Assembly (NCBI RefSeq): GCF_006345805.1
Contig: NC_043018.1
Location: 17,236,001 to 17,300,000, forward strand
From: Octopus sinensis
Taxonomy: Eukaryota
Length of the DNA: 64,000 nucleotides
Reading direction: 5' to 3'
The notes under the pieces: model-generated
Seen by the model: the letters and a program-made list of their open reading frames with translations, nothing else
What the model was told of the DNA's origin: nothing
Database searches by the model: none
Shown here: one piece after another, positions 25,530 to 37,769 of the stretch
Position numbering within the stretch: the stretch's first letter is position 1
How the letters are laid out: each line of letters starts with the position of its first letter
Translations under genes and position numbers: made by a program

Positions 25530-25763
25530 ATTTTGTGAAGTAGAAAGGTGAATAATCTTGTAGCAGATTAATCAAAAGTTTAACCGATACCTTGGTAGCA
25601 AAAATCACAGCAGAAGACAGCACGGTTGGAGGTACAACCATATGGTGTTGCAACCGTGCGTTGGTGCGGATAATTGAATTTAAATATTATTGGTGAATTG
25701 AAGAAATGGAGCTGAACGAAGATTGCTTCATTATATTTATATATATATATATATATATATATC

Positions 25764-25808
<45 letters not shown>

Positions 25809-25823
25809 CTAAATATATATATA

Positions 25824-25867
<44 letters not shown>

Positions 25868-26290
25868 TTCTTTTACTCTTTTATTCTTTTATTTGTTTCA
25901 GTCATTTGACTGCGGACATGCTGGAGCACCGCCTTTAATCGAGCAACTCGACCCCGGGACTTCTTCTTTTGTAAGCCCAGTACTTATTCTATCGGTCTCT
26001 TTTTGCCGAACCGCTAAGTAACGGGGACCTAAACACACCAGCATCGGTTGCCAAGCAATGCTAGGGGGGGGGGCAAACACAGACACACAAATACACACAC
26101 GCATATATATATATATATGCATATATACGACGGGCTTCTTTCAGTTTCCGTCTACCAAATCCACTCACAAGGCTTTGGTCGGCCCGAGGCTATACTAGAA
26201 GACACTTACCTAAGGTGCCACGCAGTGGGACTGAACCCGGAACCATGTGGTTGGTAGACAAGCTACTTACCACACCGCCACTCCTGCGCC
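25868..26290 (-). mobile_element. Full-length family A tRNA-SINE inserted in (TA)n
   Basis: Head GGCGCAGGAGTGGCGGTGTGGTAAGTAGC..GGTTCCGGGTTCAGTCCC, internal (TA)/(TG) tract, tail AAGGCGGTGCTCCAGCATGTCCGCAGTCAAATGACTGAAAC(AAATAAAAG)n. Confidence 0.9.
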
Positions 26291-26317
26291 TATATATATA
26301 TATATATATATATATAT

Positions 26318-26528
26318 TGGTAAAACGGTAAGATAACAAAAGAAAGAAAGAGACCTCAATATTATGTAAATAGAGGAAATTTATCTATACAATTATATGT
26401 TATATTACTCGATAGTCAAGATAAAACTCTGAGTTTCAGACAAAACTCTTCGAAGCGATGTCGTGGATTCCCACTTCGGCATCTGAAACTCAGGGTTTTA
26501 TCGTGACTATCGAGTAATGTAATATATA

Positions 26529-26536
<8 letters not shown>
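26318..26536. mobile_element. Head-to-head inverted pair of PLE-like termini (fold-back)
   Basis: 55-bp arms 26386-26440 and 26482-26536 are 51/55 complementary. The spacer holds a GATGTCG/CGGCATC stem followed by TGAAACTC, a degenerate hammerhead-like end. Flanked by (TA)n. Confidence 0.6.
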
Positions 26537-26572
<36 letters not shown>

Positions 26573-27183
26573 TATATACATACTCATATATAAGTGTACG
26601 TTTCTGTGTGTGTTTTTGCGCATGCATTCATCTATGAAGGAAGGTTAGAAAAATAGAGGAAAATATATTGGTATATATATATATATGTCTATATACATCA
26701 ATGTAAAACTCGATATTTGTGTGTACATTTCCAAACTTAGATGTCTCCATCTAAATGCAGAGAACACATAACTTTTTACCGAATAACAATATTGAAAAAT
26801 GGTTATATGTTTTAACATGTTTTAGTAAATACAAATAAAAATTCTAAATTGTTAATATTGTTTCAAAGTAGTTTCTGCCATTCATTTTCTTTCCTGTTAT
26901 TGTGTATGAAAAAATAAACACAGAATTTTTGTGTTCAGTTGTCTTTGCAACATAGAAGCCCAATATGTTATAAATATAGACGACATGGTGTGCATAGAAA
27001 AAAATGAATTACAATTCATGCAAAAAGGAATAAGCAAACGTTTATTCTTCTGTATTTTTAAAGCATTTCGCAGACGATAATAATAGGAATAGGCGGTCTT
27101 ATATTTTTTTATGTTTTTACATTTCTAGAAATGTAGACAATTCTCTAATGAATATTCCGGAAACAACAAACGATTTTTCTTGC

Positions 27184-27269
27184 AAATAATAATAATAATT
27201 ATTATAGTAATAATAATAGTAATAATAATAATAATGATTATAGTAATAATACTAGTAATAATAATAATG

Positions 27270-27330
<61 letters not shown>

Positions 27331-27403
27331 TAATAATAATAATAATAAGAAGAAGAAGAAGAATAACAATAATATTAATAATAATAACAACAACAACAAC
27401 AAC

Positions 27404-27438
<35 letters not shown>

Positions 27439-27676
27439 TAATAATAACAACAATAATAATAACAACAACAACAGTAATAATAATAATAATAATAACAACA
27501 ATAATAATAACAACAACAACAACAGCAACAATAATAATAATAATAATAATAATGATAATAGCAACAATAATAATAATAATAACAACAATAATAATAATCA
27601 TAATTATAGTAATAATAATAGTAATAATAATAATAATAATAATAAAAATAATAACAATAATAACAACAACCACAAC

Positions 27677-27738
<62 letters not shown>
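27184..27738. repeat. Long imperfect (AAT)n/(AAC)n trinucleotide array ending in an inverted (ATT)n segment
   Basis: Directly visible; the strand switch is at about 27709. Confidence 0.95.
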
Positions 27739-27740
<2 letters not shown>

Positions 27741-28146
27741 GGAAGGCAAGCAAAAGCAACATGAACCACGACAACTGCGAAATTTATGAAAATACTAATA
27801 ATTGTTAGTTATTAAATTATGAATGTTAGAATAATTTACTGTATAGTATAAACAACAGCTAACCATGTACATGTCTATAGGAGATTTTATGAAACGACAC
27901 GGATGTGGAATTCAGTTGAATGAGCTAAATCGAGTAATATATGCAGTAGGTAGTTGGCGACGTAGTACATGCCAGATTCCATCTACGCATTAAATTATCT
28001 TCGATGAAACGTAGCACTTACTGCAAAAGGGACGAAAAGCTGAGTAAACGTTTATAGTGAGTCTCAAATAAAAGAGACAGCACGGCACCTACAGTAAGGA
28101 AACTGGTTGCAAAATTAGATCTACTTATATAGGATTATCCAAACTA

Positions 28147-28560
28147 TATTCTGTTACTCTTTTATTCTTTTATTTGTTTCAGTCATTTGACTGCGGCCAT
28201 GCTGGATCACCGCCTTTAATCGAGCAACTCGACCCCGGGACGTATTCTTTTGTAAGCCCAGTACTTATTCTATCGGTCTCTTTTTGCCGAACCGCTAAGT
28301 GACGGGGACGTAAACACACCAGCATCGGTTGTCAAGCAATGCTAGGGGTGGCAAACACAGACACACAAACACACACGCATATATATATGCATATATACGA
28401 CGGGCTTCTTTCAGTTTCCGTCTACCAAATCCACTCACAAGGTTTTGGTCGGCCCGATGCTATAGTAGAAGCCACTTACCTAAGGTGCCACGCAGTGGGA
28501 CTGAACCCAGAACCATGTGGTTGGTAGACAAGTTACTTACCACACAGCCACTCCTGCGCC
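28147..28560 (-). mobile_element. Full-length family A tRNA-SINE with 37-bp flanking direct repeats
   Basis: Closely similar to 25868-26290. Direct repeats at 28110-28146 and 28569-28605 are 35/37 identical. Confidence 0.9.
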
Positions 28561-29151
28561 TATATATACAAACTTAGATCTACTTATACAGGATTATCCA
28601 AACTAGACTCATAGGAAATGCTGGCCAAGGTTATTATTAAGGAAAATAATATCAATCCGTAATAATGCAAATGAGAACAAAATTTGTATGAAAGTTATGT
28701 GACATTATTACATCAGGTTTTATTATATAAAAACCAAGAGTCGACGGAAATATCAAAGTAAACCCGAACCTCGATACTCCTGAATAGTTATCCTTCATTA
28801 TGAAGGGAAAATATAATACGATTTCATATAGAACGAATTTAAAACAAAAAGAAGTTAATTCAGTGCTAGTACGGAGATATTCAACAGAATATTTGTTAGG
28901 TATAGAACGTGAAATTATGGCAATAGAAAATGTAAGAGATTGTTCGTCGGTGAATATGGCTGACGAGGGCGAGCGTACAATTTTTTCAAGAAGCACTTTA
29001 GTTTTTTATGCACTATACGCATTTGATAGATGTAGAACTGTCTAAAATGTCTGGTTCTGCAGACATCTTGAGAACTAAGGGAAACAACATTTCTTGACAG
29101 AGGTGTGTATTTATCCATCTCGCAATACCTTTGTAGCAACCATATGTGTGT

Positions 29152-29189
<38 letters not shown>

Positions 29190-29329
29190 TAACGTATGCA
29201 GCTTCACGCCAAAAAGGAAAATTCCAATTGTAACTAATTGTGATTTAGTGTTGTGGGTAGCACCTATATTGCTAGAAAGAAGAACTAAAACCTATAATAC
29301 TGCAAGGAAGCACATTTTCATATATTGAC

Positions 29330-29464
29330 ATGGGAGATAACCTCTCCAAATATTTATCTAATGTATCTAATGTTCACCCTAGAGTTAAGAGGAATTTTTA
29401 TCTTACGTTCGTTGCTCTCACACTCTTCACCAGTATATACACAGTGACGTTTTACTATAGCGAC
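29330..29464 (+). CDS. Candidate first coding exon of a type II (signal-anchor) membrane protein
   Basis: gacATGG start. [45 protein letters not shown] gives a basic cytosolic tail plus a hydrophobic segment of about 21 aa. Donor GAC|GTAAAT, or alternative A|GTAAAC at 29490. No homolog recognised. Confidence 0.35.
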
Positions 29465-29519
29465 GTAAATGTATCGGCTGCTATTTCCAGTAAACATAGG
29501 TGTCTTTTTGTACAACTAT

Positions 29520-29617
<98 letters not shown>

Positions 29618-30714
29618 ATGTATGTATGTATGTATGTATGTATGTATGTATGCATGTATGTATATATGTATGTACGTATGAATGTACGAGTGTATGTACG
29701 TACGTCTGTATATATAGTTCCATAAAATCTTACGTTCTTTAGTTCCCTGACAGCCATATTTTAATACCAAAATCTGAATAATTTTCGGACCTTTTTTTTT
29801 CCGCAAACGTATTTTCTCTCGTAAACATTGTTGCTAATGGTGACCTAGTTTTACAAGTATGGACTGTTGATAACACAGCCATTAAAAAAGGTCATCGTAT
29901 TGATTTCTAAATTAGGCATTAGGCTGGATAGAGTTTTGTGGAATAGTATACTTGATTGAATAGACACCAGTATTTGATTAGTAATTCGATGAAAAATTCA
30001 ATCAAATAGAAACTCGCTTTGCTGTTACCAGAATTCTGCATTACTCTTGAAAATAATATATTGGCGAATATCGTAGCTGAAATTATTCCCTTCGGTAGCG
30101 TTTATATGTTTAAGGGTTCTTCACTTCGTACCGATCTGTGTTAATAGACGCTATTACCATTATATAATGAAATATAACGAAGCACAACATAATGAAAACC
30201 CAGCTGAACTAGCCATTCCAAACACTATCCTACTTGGTTGCCTACTCACAATATAACCTTCAGGGTTAAACAGAAGAGATCAAAGACTCCAACTTAGAAT
30301 GGCCATTTGGAAGCGAAGATTAAAATACAGAACTGATATTCTGCGCAGTGATGCAAGTAAAATGAAACAAAACACGGAATTATTTGCGATGATTATATCC
30401 AAGGTAAACACCGAACTAAATCGCCAACAAACAATCGTACACTAAAACAACAAATCTATTTTAAAGAACAGCTTCTATATGTACAGATTAAAAGTGACTG
30501 ATACTCACAAACCGTGTCGTTGAGAAGACAATGAAGCAGTTCTATGGCAAAATATACAGTAACAATTTAAAAGTTAATATGATATTAACATATTAGGAAC
30601 ATTTACGAAATCTATTTTTGCAAGTAAATCTAAACATGAGAAAAATTGCTAGCACCAGTTTTAATTAGTAATGAAGATATTGAAAATAATTCAAACTTAT
30701 GAATAAAGGTTAAC

Positions 30715-30895
30715 ATAACGTTTCGGTTGATATACCCTCCAGCCTTCACCAGCCTACGCCATATGCCCGTGTGCAATTATGGGGTGAAGTTTAGGGCTTA
30801 TAAATCTAATATATTCCTATTCTTCCTTAATGCCGGTTCTCATATCTGCACTCGGTCTGCTTAGGAGATAGTTGTATCCAAACATATTTTCTTGT
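30715..30895 (-). mobile_element. Internally deleted 3' fragment of the PLE family at 35237-36417
   Basis: Shares GCACTCGGTCTGCTTAGGAG, GCTTATAAATCT, CTACGCCATAT and the HHR-like region (CTGGTGAAGGCTGGAGGGTATATCAACCGAAACGTT on the minus strand). Confidence 0.8.
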
Positions 30896-32530
30896 TAAAT
30901 ATATATATCAAATGATATGCGATGAAGACAAACTCATATACGTTAAGCGTTTCTCAAATATGGTTAGAAAGATCATATGTCACAATAAACTAAATTGCAG
31001 AGTAATACAAGCAACATAAGCAAAATGAATTGTATCGATTAGCACCATAATGTTTTAATCATTAGATACAATTTCAGTGGCATACGTAGCTACGTCTCAG
31101 ATGTGATGCCAATTTAGCAATCAGATCTAAGTTATAACTTTTTGATTATTTCGTGCAACGTCTAGAAGTTATTTTAAATAATTAACTTAATTATTTTTGA
31201 CATGGAGAAATCGTGGGTCAGCTAAATCGAAGATTTATTTCACCGTAGAAAACAATTTACAAAGCGGTATCTCTTTGCCGAAAGTGAGTTTGCTTCAGTC
31301 AATTGAATAAATGTGATAATGCCTTCGAAATTATTCACATCCTGTAATATTTGTCTCCTCTTTCAACGAGGCTGACAAGGGAGAAATTATGATTATGGTA
31401 ATTTGGAATTTACGACACAAGCTCCAATCATTCATTAATCATACTATTTTTATTCATATTTCATTCTTATTTATATTTAGTGAGATTATTCATAAGATTC
31501 CAGGGTTAGGGGTCTTAGAAATGTATGCTTCATCTTTTATTTTTCTATTTTGTAAGTTTTCGAAGAAACGATTATTCAGTTAAATAATGTTCACTTATTA
31601 TAAGATAAATCTTCGTCTATTACTGATATCCATATGTATATTAGGATAGTTTCGACTTGTATTTCTTGTGATGGCGGTACTACTTGAACTGTAGTCCTCG
31701 AGATTAGCATAGTGAGTTTATTCTCAGCAGCACACACTGATTAGAAGACGATCTATGAATTGCTATAGTTCCCATTGCTAAAATCTAATAAATTCGGGTA
31801 TTTCGACATGTTGGGCACCATAATGTATAATCGATATAAAGTTATCTGGTTTCACGTTGGCTTAAAGCAATAGTAATACGTAATTAATGAGTTTACAAGT
31901 ATCAGCTTTACAACCATTGTCACGGATTGAGTAAATTCATTTTAATAATTTCCCATATATGTCTATGGAAGTGTCTCCTTAAAAGATCAGATAGCTTTAT
32001 TTCCCTAGAACTTCCATTCCTAATCTGTAATGATGGAATGAGTGTTAAAACGTGGGTAATTGAATTATGCAGTTTTTATAATGTACGGCAAACTCCCTTC
32101 CTCCACGGAAAGTATGATGATACATCGATTGCAAAATAAAATTTACGTTACCAAATTACATTAGTCATAGTTAAAAAAAATTGTTGTCTCTTTATCGGAG
32201 GTCAAGGAAAGAGGTTTCCAGTTTATATTGAAGTATACACAAAACAATATTAGGTTTAAGACAAATTTATTTTGTTTGACCCGTTTATGTAATATAAAGA
32301 AGTTTCTTTGAGAGCTAAATGCTGAGGCAGCATGTACAGGGGTTATAGTCAAGAAATGAATTTAAGAAAAAATATGCCATTCACGTTTATTCGATGTCTA
32401 CGATGTTGTAATTATTATGGTTTCCTTATTTGACAATCAATTGGCCGCAGAAATGTATCCGATTACAATAATATGTACAGCACAGGAGTATATCCCTCCA
32501 TTTTCCGTTTACACACACACACACACACAG

Positions 32531-32565
<35 letters not shown>

Positions 32566-33307
32566 ATAAAATATTAGGGAATAAATCCAAACTTACAGGG
32601 AAAAATCAGATTTAGGATTAAATCCAATTTTATAGTAAAATATTATATTATATTACATTAGAGATAAAACCACTATTAGGCAAATCAAAGAATGAAAAAT
32701 ATAAGCCAATACATAAAATTAATTAATTTATATTATTTTAAATATATATCAAAAGTATTAAAAGTTTAATAAAGGATATATATATATATATATATATAAT
32801 ATATATATATACATATAATTTATATATATATATATATATATATGTGGATGTGTGTGTGTTTGTCTGTGTGTGTGTGTTTGTCTCTGTGTGTGTGTTTGTC
32901 TGTGTGTGTGTGTGTGTGTATGCTCCCATACATACACACACACACACAAGAAGGACAGCCATATGATGTCTCTTAACCGAATCCCAATACTACAGCATTC
33001 ACCAATTTGAGACAATGCTACAGGATATTGAATACGACACGGAACAAGGTCGTTATGGAGCAAAGTCTGCTTGATACGTAGTGTTCGAAGAACGTTTATA
33101 CTGATATCGTTACACCATTAACAAAGAAACAAAAATGAATGTGAAATATCTTCATGAGAAAGGCTTGAGATTAAGGAATATTCAAAGGAAGTGTGGTTAA
33201 TAAATCTATTCTTGTTGTTTGAAGTTAAGAAAATGAATTAGAGACGTTGTTAATGTAGGGTTTGGATAGAGAAAAATCATTTAAACTCATAAACTTCAAT
33301 ATTTATT

Positions 33308-33525
33308 TTTTTATTACCCACAGAGGGATTAAACATAGAGGGGGCAAACAAAGAGATTAAGTCTATTACATCGACCCCAGTCAATAATTGGCACTTATTT
33401 AGTCGACCCTGAAAGGATGAAAGGAATAGTCGACCTTGGCGAAATTTCAACACAGAACGCAGGAACGGACAAAATACGGTAAGCATTTCGCCTGGCGTGC
33501 TAACAATTCTGCCAGCCCGCCGCCC
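33308..33525 (-). mobile_element. Full-length family B (Nin-domain) tRNA-SINE, diverged
   Basis: Head GGCGGCGGGCTGGCAGAATTGTTAGCACGCCAGGCGAAATGCTTA, with Nin core CCTTTCATCCTTTCAGGGTCGAC. Confidence 0.85.
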
Positions 33526-33984
33526 TCCGAAACCTCAATTTTGCACTCTGCAAAAATTGCTTGCTGCCCTATTTTCTTTAATTATTGAAAAGCTCGAAAA
33601 TAACCTTCGTCAATGTTTTTTTACTCTGCTTAGCAGAAATAGTGCCATTATTTTCCTCTGCAAAAAAATAAAAATAGATTATTCCATGGAGTCATTCTGC
33701 ATGTCTATCAATTTATTTGGAAGCTAAATCGACCCTCATTCCGCTTAGTGAGGGATATTTTTGTAGTTACTTTCCCAAAAAAAAGTGGTATACCGTCTTA
33801 AAGTAATGAAATGGTTAAAAGATTCAAGCGAAATGAGGCCAACATGGTGTTGAATTGAAATAATTTGCCATGCTCGCTGGTGCATATATCTTATTATGTA
33901 AAATTACTAGAGCCTTCTCTGATACTCGGTATTGCAGTGCCAGCGACGAGACATATTTTTATTTACATTATTATCGTGTTACCA

Positions 33985-34244
33985 TTTATAATAACAGTGA
34001 ACATGAAAATAAGAAAATAATTTGTAAATAAAGAAATAAAACTCTATATATATACATACATACATATATATATATATATGTATATATGTATATATGTATA
34101 TATGTATATATATATATTATATATATATATATATATATGTATGTATATATATATATATGTATATATAATATGTATATATATATATTATATATATAAATAT
34201 ATATATATATATGCATGTATATATATATATATATATATGCATGT

Positions 34245-34283
<39 letters not shown>

Positions 34284-34385
34284 GTATATATATATTATAT
34301 ATATATATATATGTATATATATGTATATATATATATGTATATATGTATATATATATATACATATATATGTATGTATATACATATT
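33985..34385. repeat. Long (TA)n-based microsatellite
   Basis: Directly visible. Confidence 0.9.
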
Positions 34386-36202
34386 CCTCAGGAATGTCGA
34401 ACTGTGATTAGTCATTCGGTTTATAAAAATTACAGCAATTACAGCGCGATAGAAGCGAAGCAGGAAATAGAACGCGAAAGAAGTAATGTTAGATGTGTGT
34501 ACAATATACAACTATTGTATTTGTGGACGTAAAAAGATTTGTTTAGAACACTTAAATACCACAAACTGTAATAACAGTATTTTGTTATGTGAGACAGCAC
34601 AGATTCTGCCAGTGATGTATGCACCAACTTATATCCTGTCATGACGTTAATTTAAAACTAGAAATAGAATGTTTCGTAGACTAATGACTTGTAGACACTT
34701 GTGATGGACATATTTTAACTCTATTTCGACTGATGAGCCACTGTTTTAAAAGGTGGTGAGACAATATATGAAGTCGTACTAAAGTGTAGCTGATTTATCA
34801 TTAGCCACCCACTTAAACTAATTTTAATTAACTAATGGGTGTACCTCTACATGAACATTCAAATGGTAGAAAGAAAAATGCGAATTGCTGTCTAGTCAAA
34901 CCTTGCTAGCATGGGTAAGGGCATCTTATCTTCTTAGTAATAAAAGTAAACTTTCTGTTCAATTCTGATCCGATTGATTATGTTTCTACAGCACGAAATA
35001 TTAAAGCTAGTAAAATAATACAGTATTGAACACTTGATTCAATAGTTTGTAATAAGTGTTTATGAAATAAGCGACAACTTGAATTTGTTTCTTTGTGAAG
35101 CAGTACTCGATAAATCATCTTCAGTATTTGATTGGTACTCTATTTCATTCAGTCCGGAAAAAAGCTAAGCAATGTTGACCTCGGTCCAAATTGAATTCAG
35201 AATATAAAGAGATGGAAGAAATAAGGCAAAATATGCAGTTCTATATTTAAGAGATGAGGAATTATGTACATTATTTACATTTGACGGATATTCGTCCTCA
35301 TCTTGTTTGTTGTTAACACAACACTTCGGCTTAGTTACCCTCCAGACTTCATTAGGTGTCTTGGGAAATTTCGAACCTCGGTTCTCCTCCCTAAGGTATT
35401 CTTCGATGTTATTATTATTATTTTATTATTATTATTATTCAGGTCACTGCTCGGAATCTTATGGTTAGTAGCTCGCGCTCTTAACCACTACGCCATATAT
35501 CCGTGGACAATTATGGAGTGAAGTTTACGGCTTATAAATCTTATATTTTCCTATCCTTCCTTAATGCAGGTTTTCGTATGCTATTCATATCTGCACTCGG
35601 TCTGCTTAGGAGGTTGTTGTGTCCTAGCATATGTGCTGCTTCATTTAGTTTTCGTATTTTCCAGAGGTGGTCTCCATTTTTCCATACATGATCAGCTGTA
35701 CCCGATTTATCAATACCTCCTCGTGTCGCAGCTTTGCGATGTTTGTCTAACGTTATTTTGAAGGGGTGGCATGTTTCGACTTTGTGTAACCTACGACAGC
35801 TGCATGAGATGGATTACATGCAGTTTTTGTAATATTCTCTTCTATTGGTGGTTTTACTCGAAGGAGATATTTGCGAAGTGTTGTATTACTCTTGAATATT
35901 GTCCTGATATCATATGGGCCGCATATTTTTTGTATATTTACGGAGAGGCCTTTCACATAGGGTAGACAGACTGGAGACAGTTTATTAGTTTCATCCTCTC
36001 TTTTCTTCATAATTGGAGTGGATAGAAGGTTTTGTGGGTAGTTGTTACTTAAAAGATTTTTATTGAGCTTGATCATTTCTTCGTTGTATGTATCACGATC
36101 GCTACTTATTTTCTTTGCTCGAATTTTTAGGCACTGAACATTACGGAAGAATAGGAAAATATTAGATTTATAAGCCCTGAAATTCACTCCATAATTGCCC
36201 AC

Positions 36203-36268
36203 GGGCATATAGCGTACAGATTAAGAGCGCCTGCTACTAACCCCGAGATTCCGAGTTCGATTCCAAGG
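36203..36268 (+). promoter_or_regulatory. tRNA-like segment (Pol III A/B boxes) inside the PLE pLTR
   Basis: GGGCATATAGCGTACAGATTAAGAGCGC..CTACTAACCCCGAGATTCCGAGTTCGATTCC. The other copy gives the A box TGGCGTAGTGG; the B box is GAGTTCGATTCC. Confidence 0.6.
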
Positions 36269-36325
36269 AGTGACCTGAATAATAATGATATCGAATGAGA
36301 ACCCAGGTTCAAAATTTCCCCAAGG

Positions 36326-36367
36326 CACCTGATGAAGGCTGGATGGTATATCGGCCGAAACGTTGTG
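36326..36367 (+). ncRNA. Minimal hammerhead ribozyme motif in pLTR
   Basis: CAC-CTGATGA-A-GGCTG...CGGCC-GAAAC-GT-T-GTG: canonical core, 5-bp stem II, CAC/GTG stem I. Confidence 0.65.
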
Positions 36368-37148
36368 ATAACAACAATCAAAATGAGGACAAATATCCGT
36401 CAAATGTAAATAATCTAAAGCAAAATATGTTGACCGGCGTTCATCCAAATTTTGACAATCTTTTATTTTGTCATTTGTATGGAAATAATTTAGGAAAGGG
36501 ACATTGCAATTGAGAGCCTGTGATGAAGTGGAGATTGCCAGAGAGAAATCGAGTGAAAACAAAATAGAGAGATAATTATAGTGAGGCAACTTCTTACATG
36601 TCGTTGCTCTTTTGAAATTAAATGCCGAATAAACAGATGATTTTCTTTGATATCATATTCGTTTAGCCACAACTACGGCTAATAATTACAGTATCGGACA
36701 AGGAAGTAGAAATTTGGTTGACGCTGTTTCAAGAACGTTTGTACCCAACCGGCAAATGTAGTTCGGCTTTTTAGAATAGGATTTTAACTAGAAAAAAGAA
36801 ATCTGCCTCTCCCATTAATGCTAATTAAACAAACTCTTTCAATTTTATATTTAAACTCTCTCTCTCTCTCTCTTTCTCTTTCTCCTTCTCTCTCTTTCTC
36901 TCTGTTACACCATAAACCATTATTTAAGTTGGCGAAGGAATCAAAAACGAACCATCTTTCATTTACATACTTATAGTATCGAAGTAGTGTATTCTCACAC
37001 AAATGGGCGGATAAATCAGATCATATAGGAAACTAGATGTAAATCACTTTGATTCTGAATTACACTTGAACGATTCTGAAGATCGGCGTAGGAATGTACA
37101 CAGATTCAAAATGAAACAAAAATGTTTTTTGAAGTAATTGAATCCTAG

Positions 37149-37372
37149 TTCCCATCAAACGTTCAGATGAGAAAACGAACCAAGAATTAGAGTCATTAAA
37201 ACCGATGATATATACAACAGGAGTGTTTCGGACAAATTATAGAAGTAAGGAGAGATTAAGAAGAATTCGAATTCAAACGGAAGGATTTGTTGGCATCGAT
37301 TCTTTGATAAATGAAATTTGTTCCACGCTGAAAGCACAATTAAGATATCGAGGATTCTCAATCGAAACCAGT
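37149..37372 (+). CDS. Candidate 224-nt coding exon (unrecognised)
   Basis: CCTAG acceptor (weak tract), AGT|GTAAGA donor. An open frame of 74 codons (PIKRSDEKTNQELESLKPMIYTTGVFRTNYRSKERLRRIRIQTEGFVGIDSLINEICSTLKAQLRYRGFSIETS) lies in non-repetitive AT-rich DNA. Confidence 0.3.
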
Positions 37373-37769
37373 GTAAGATATAGTTGTAAATTAACGTTAC
37401 CCGTAGAAAAGTATACGATAAATAAGTAGAGAATTTTTCATGTTCTATCTATGAGGAGATGGGAAATTTAACAGTATAAAATTTTTCTAGAAATTTTAAA
37501 TTTATGAAAACACACCTGCAATGAAACTCCTCAACAACAATTCATGATAAATAAACTACGTATACACAATTGCAGCGTGGAAGGTGTTTGTAAGCCATTT
37601 AAGAAACACACAAAAGCCGTTCGATTCACTTCAACATTTAAGTTTAATTCGTCAAAATATTTTCGTCGCTGTAAGACCGCGGATTTTTGTCAGTGAATAG
37701 GTCTGAAAATAAAATTGTGAAGAAAAATCAATTGATAATAGTAATGATAAAAAGGCTGTTGATCGGAAT

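Larger units (their letters stand above)
35237..36417 (-). mobile_element. 5'-truncated Penelope/Poseidon-type PLE: thumb + GIY-YIG remnant, 3' pLTR (35237-35540) and inverted pLTR copy (about 36140-36417)
   Basis: The minus strand encodes CLPYVKGLSVNIQKICGPYDIRTIFKSNTTLRKYLLRVKPP, then (frameshift) KNCM*SISCSCRRLHKVETCHPFKITLDKHRK...ADHVWK...SRPSADMN...KDRKI* (stop at 35541-35543). The two ends are inverted copies of each other. Confidence 0.9.

Noticed and set aside
27125-27769. Long poly-I/L/N/Y ORFs (up to 214 aa)
   Set aside because: They arise from the (AAT)n/(AAC)n array; there is no coding complexity
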